A DNA stretch of 64,000 nt from Nitrososphaeria archaeon (lineage in GTDB: Archaea; Thermoproteota; Nitrososphaeria; JACIWG01), in assembly GCA_963752255.1 (NCBI GenBank), contig CAVVXT010000005.1, positions 32,001 to 96,000 on the forward strand, given 5' to 3'. Shown piece after piece: positions 63,686 to 64,000 of this stretch (its first letter is position 1; every line of letters begins with the position of its first letter). The notes beneath the pieces were generated by a model. That model saw only the letters and a list, made by a program, of their open reading frames with translations, was not told the DNA's origin and did not search any database. Both the position numbers and the translations under genes were made by a program.

Positions 63686-63706
63686 CGAATCCCCCCAGGC
63701 CCGCCT
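63686..63706 (+). repeat. attR core, 21 bp (also left boundary of next element)
   Basis: CGAATCCCCCCAGGCCCGCCT identical to 41150-41170. Confidence 0.95.
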
Positions 63707-63760
63707 ACAATTAAGTGCGAATACTTTATTTAGCAGGTATTAGATAGTAGACTTGAGGAA

Positions 63761-64000
63761 ATGCCGCACGCTGAAAATTCAAAATACGATAGTATCTTAC
63801 CTGACGTGAAATGGTGGCTTGATAACATAGAGCGCGGAAGCCCGCTCACAGCCGAAGTTGCACTCAGAAGGCTTGGAAGGGCATGCGAACTGCTACAACT
63901 TACTCCAAAGGAAATGGTTGCGCGCGCAAGAGAAGATCTTAAAACATTCCAAGACAGCCTTGAAGACCTTGTAAGCAGACTCGAACGGGAGAATAAGGCA
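63761..64000 (+). CDS. Second tyrosine integrase, N-terminal part (runs off window)
   Basis: MPHAENSKYDSILPDVKWWLDNIERGSPLTAEVALRRLGRACELLQLTPKEM.. aligns with VRRWFENLERGSPITSRVYRRRLGFFCGHYGVTPKEL of 41226. Confidence 0.88.
   Translation, partial: MPHAENSKYDSILPDVKWWLDNIERGSPLTAEVALRRLGRACELLQLTPKEMVARAREDLKTFQDSLEDLVSRLERENKA

Larger units (their letters stand above)
41150..63706. mobile_element. ~22.5 kb integrated element (integrative plasmid/satellite-like genomic island) in tRNA-Lys
   Basis: Flanking 21-bp direct repeats of tRNA 3' end, integrase adjacent to attL, replication ATPase, RM/defence cargo. Confidence 0.93.

Noticed and set aside
41150-63706. Calling the element a provirus
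   Set aside because: No capsid, portal, terminase or tail genes recognisable by eye

Overview
Archaeal (probably TACK/Thermoproteota-like) genomic window with two parts. (1) 1-41090 holds metabolic and housekeeping genes: AKR, OYE, Prs, macrodomain, Mg2+ P-type ATPase, MSDH/Fe-ADH, CE7 esterase, enolase-superfamily dehydratase, class II aldolase, MalY, peroxiredoxins, NRAMP, AOR and others. It also has several short gene relics and many single-base frameshifts that look like assembly indels. (2) An intron-less tRNA-Lys(UUU) at 41094-41167 is the integration site of a ~22.5 kb element bounded by a perfect 21-bp direct repeat (41150-41170 / 63686-63706). The element carries a tyrosine integrase and a satellite/plasmid-like replication-regulation module whose ATPase gene contains an iteron-like repeat array. 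Its cargo includes a hyaluronan-synthase-like hasB-hasA-membrane-protein cassette behind divergent RHH regulators, and a defence block (Type IIG RM, HEPN-like protein, pentapeptide-TIR, Vsr-C5-MTase fusion plus GHKL restriction enzyme). A second, homologous integrase starts right after attR, indicating tandem elements at the same tRNA. All family calls come from motif recognition by eye; no database searches were run.
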